Shown piece by piece: positions 62,627-64,000 of a DNA stretch of 64,000 bases. The stretch's first letter is position 1. Each line of letters begins with the position of its first letter. The stretch is taken from assembly GCF_009914755.1 (NCBI RefSeq), contig NC_060935.1; one strand, written 5' to 3'. The translations under genes and the position numbers were made by a program. The notes under the pieces were generated by a model, which searched no databases, was not told the origin of the DNA, and was given only the letters and a program-made list of their open reading frames with translations. This DNA is from the human T2T-CHM13v2.0 reference genome, Homo sapiens.

Positions 62627-64000
62627 CCGCATCTTTCTAATTTTAATGGAATTACAGGCGTTCCCTTCTTTCTAGTTGTTTTATTAATTGCTCACCATTA
62701 ACAATACCAAGGGCATTTCTAAAAAGAAAATAGTTAGGACAGTTCCAGCACCCTCTCACTCAGAGCTTCCTCCCCTAAATTCATTGGCCCTCCTCTTCCA
62801 ATTGGCCGATGCATCCTCAGGCCCTAGACAGTGCTGGAGTGAGCACCATATTTGAGAGCAAGTGGGGAAGGGGTGGGGGCAGTGCGAGGTGAGACTATTA
62901 AGTCTCATCTTTTCCCTGCTGTGAGGTCTGTGGGATGACACATGCCACCCAGGACCCCCTGCCCCGGAGAAGGAAGGTTTCCTAGTTGTTGCTTATCTTT
63001 GGAGTCTGGGATCTTTTGGGAAATGAGTCCCTGGATCTTGGGTTCTGAGTTGTGTCACCATTGCGGGGGAAGGGTGGGTTATCATTTCTAAACTCAGTGC
63101 TGGTTGACACTTGCAGAGGAGAAAGGAGTTTGGAAAGCCTCCAGGGTTGTCAAAACTTCCTGCCTCTCGCCCTTGGCATGATCACCAAAGCAGAAATCAG
63201 GATGTTGGATTCCAACCCGGGGGAGTGGTGTGGTTACGAATGTGGCCTCTGCAAGCAGACAGCCTGGGTTCAATTCCCAGCTTGGCCATTTTCTAGCCGT
63301 GTAATCTTAGGCAAGATACTAAACCGCTCTGTGCCTCAGTTTCCCCATCTCGTGGTCTTGCTTTGACAATTAAATCATACTGAATAAATGTCAGCCATTA
63401 CTGCTGAGCTGTGCCAGATTTGTGACGGGTGCTCGACGTGCCTTGGGGCCTCCCCTTTCCCTATCAGAGCAGTGGGAAGCATCACAACATCCTTCCCTTA
63501 TCCCCCTGCACTCTGGACCCCAGATGCCCGAGATAAGTAGCTGCTCCCATCAGTGTGGGTTGGGAGTAGAAAACTAGGAGTCCATCTGGCTGCTTCCCAA
63601 ACCTGCAAACCAGGAATCCCAGTCCAGCTTCCCGGCCACTGGGCAAGGGGCAGGTGAGTGTTTCCGGACAGCTCCCTGAACCAGTCCTGCTCCACTTGAA
63701 TACCTGGAGTCTGAGCCAGGGCCTCGGGAGGCGGGCCCACCAGGGTTCACGTAGCATTTGTCATCACTGCTCGGGACAAAAGGCCAGTCTTCATACACAA
63801 GATGCACGGTGGTCTGCAGGTTAGCAGGGAGCACGCCTCTCCCAAGGTTCGGGGACACTAGTCACAAGGGCCTGGTGCCAGTCTTGCAGAGAGGCACACC
63901 CTGCCCTGTCCTGGCAGTGCTCCAGAGCAGCAGCTGGACTATCCGGGAGATCACTGCGCTGCACTGGGAGCCTGACCTCCCCGTGGGCCTTGGGGATACT

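Overview
Human-type genomic DNA (about 35 Alu copies, GT-AG introns), recognisable as the TMEM132A-SLC15A3-CD6 locus of chr11q12. It contains: the last four coding exons and 3' UTR of TMEM132A (+, 688-~4305); the complete 8-exon SLC15A3/PHT2 gene (-, CDS 18681 to 4366, spliced length 1746 nt = 581 aa + stop, all junction phases consistent), whose 3' end appears to overlap that of TMEM132A; a repeat-dense intergenic block (LTRs, Charlie1a, ERVL fossil, L1, Alus); and the CD6 promoter, exon 1 (signal peptide, ATG 38997) and the first 25 kb of intron 1. I found no evidence for a novel protein-coding system; almost all other ORFs are Alu-derived or GC-rich shadow frames. The most unusual items read directly from the sequence are: a tailless 5'-half tRNA-Lys(UUU) retro-insertion with a 19-bp duplication, a ~145-bp non-Alu inverted repeat in CD6 intron 1 that keeps a STAT6-type site in both arms, a 47-bp locally templated insertion inside a MIR, a strong-Kozak uORF in the CD6 5' UTR, a U6 retrocopy whose target site was reused by an Alu, three co-oriented MER113-like copies, and a consensus CTCF site between the SLC15A3 and CD6 promoters. 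Repeat subfamily names and boundaries come from remembered consensus sequences and are approximate.
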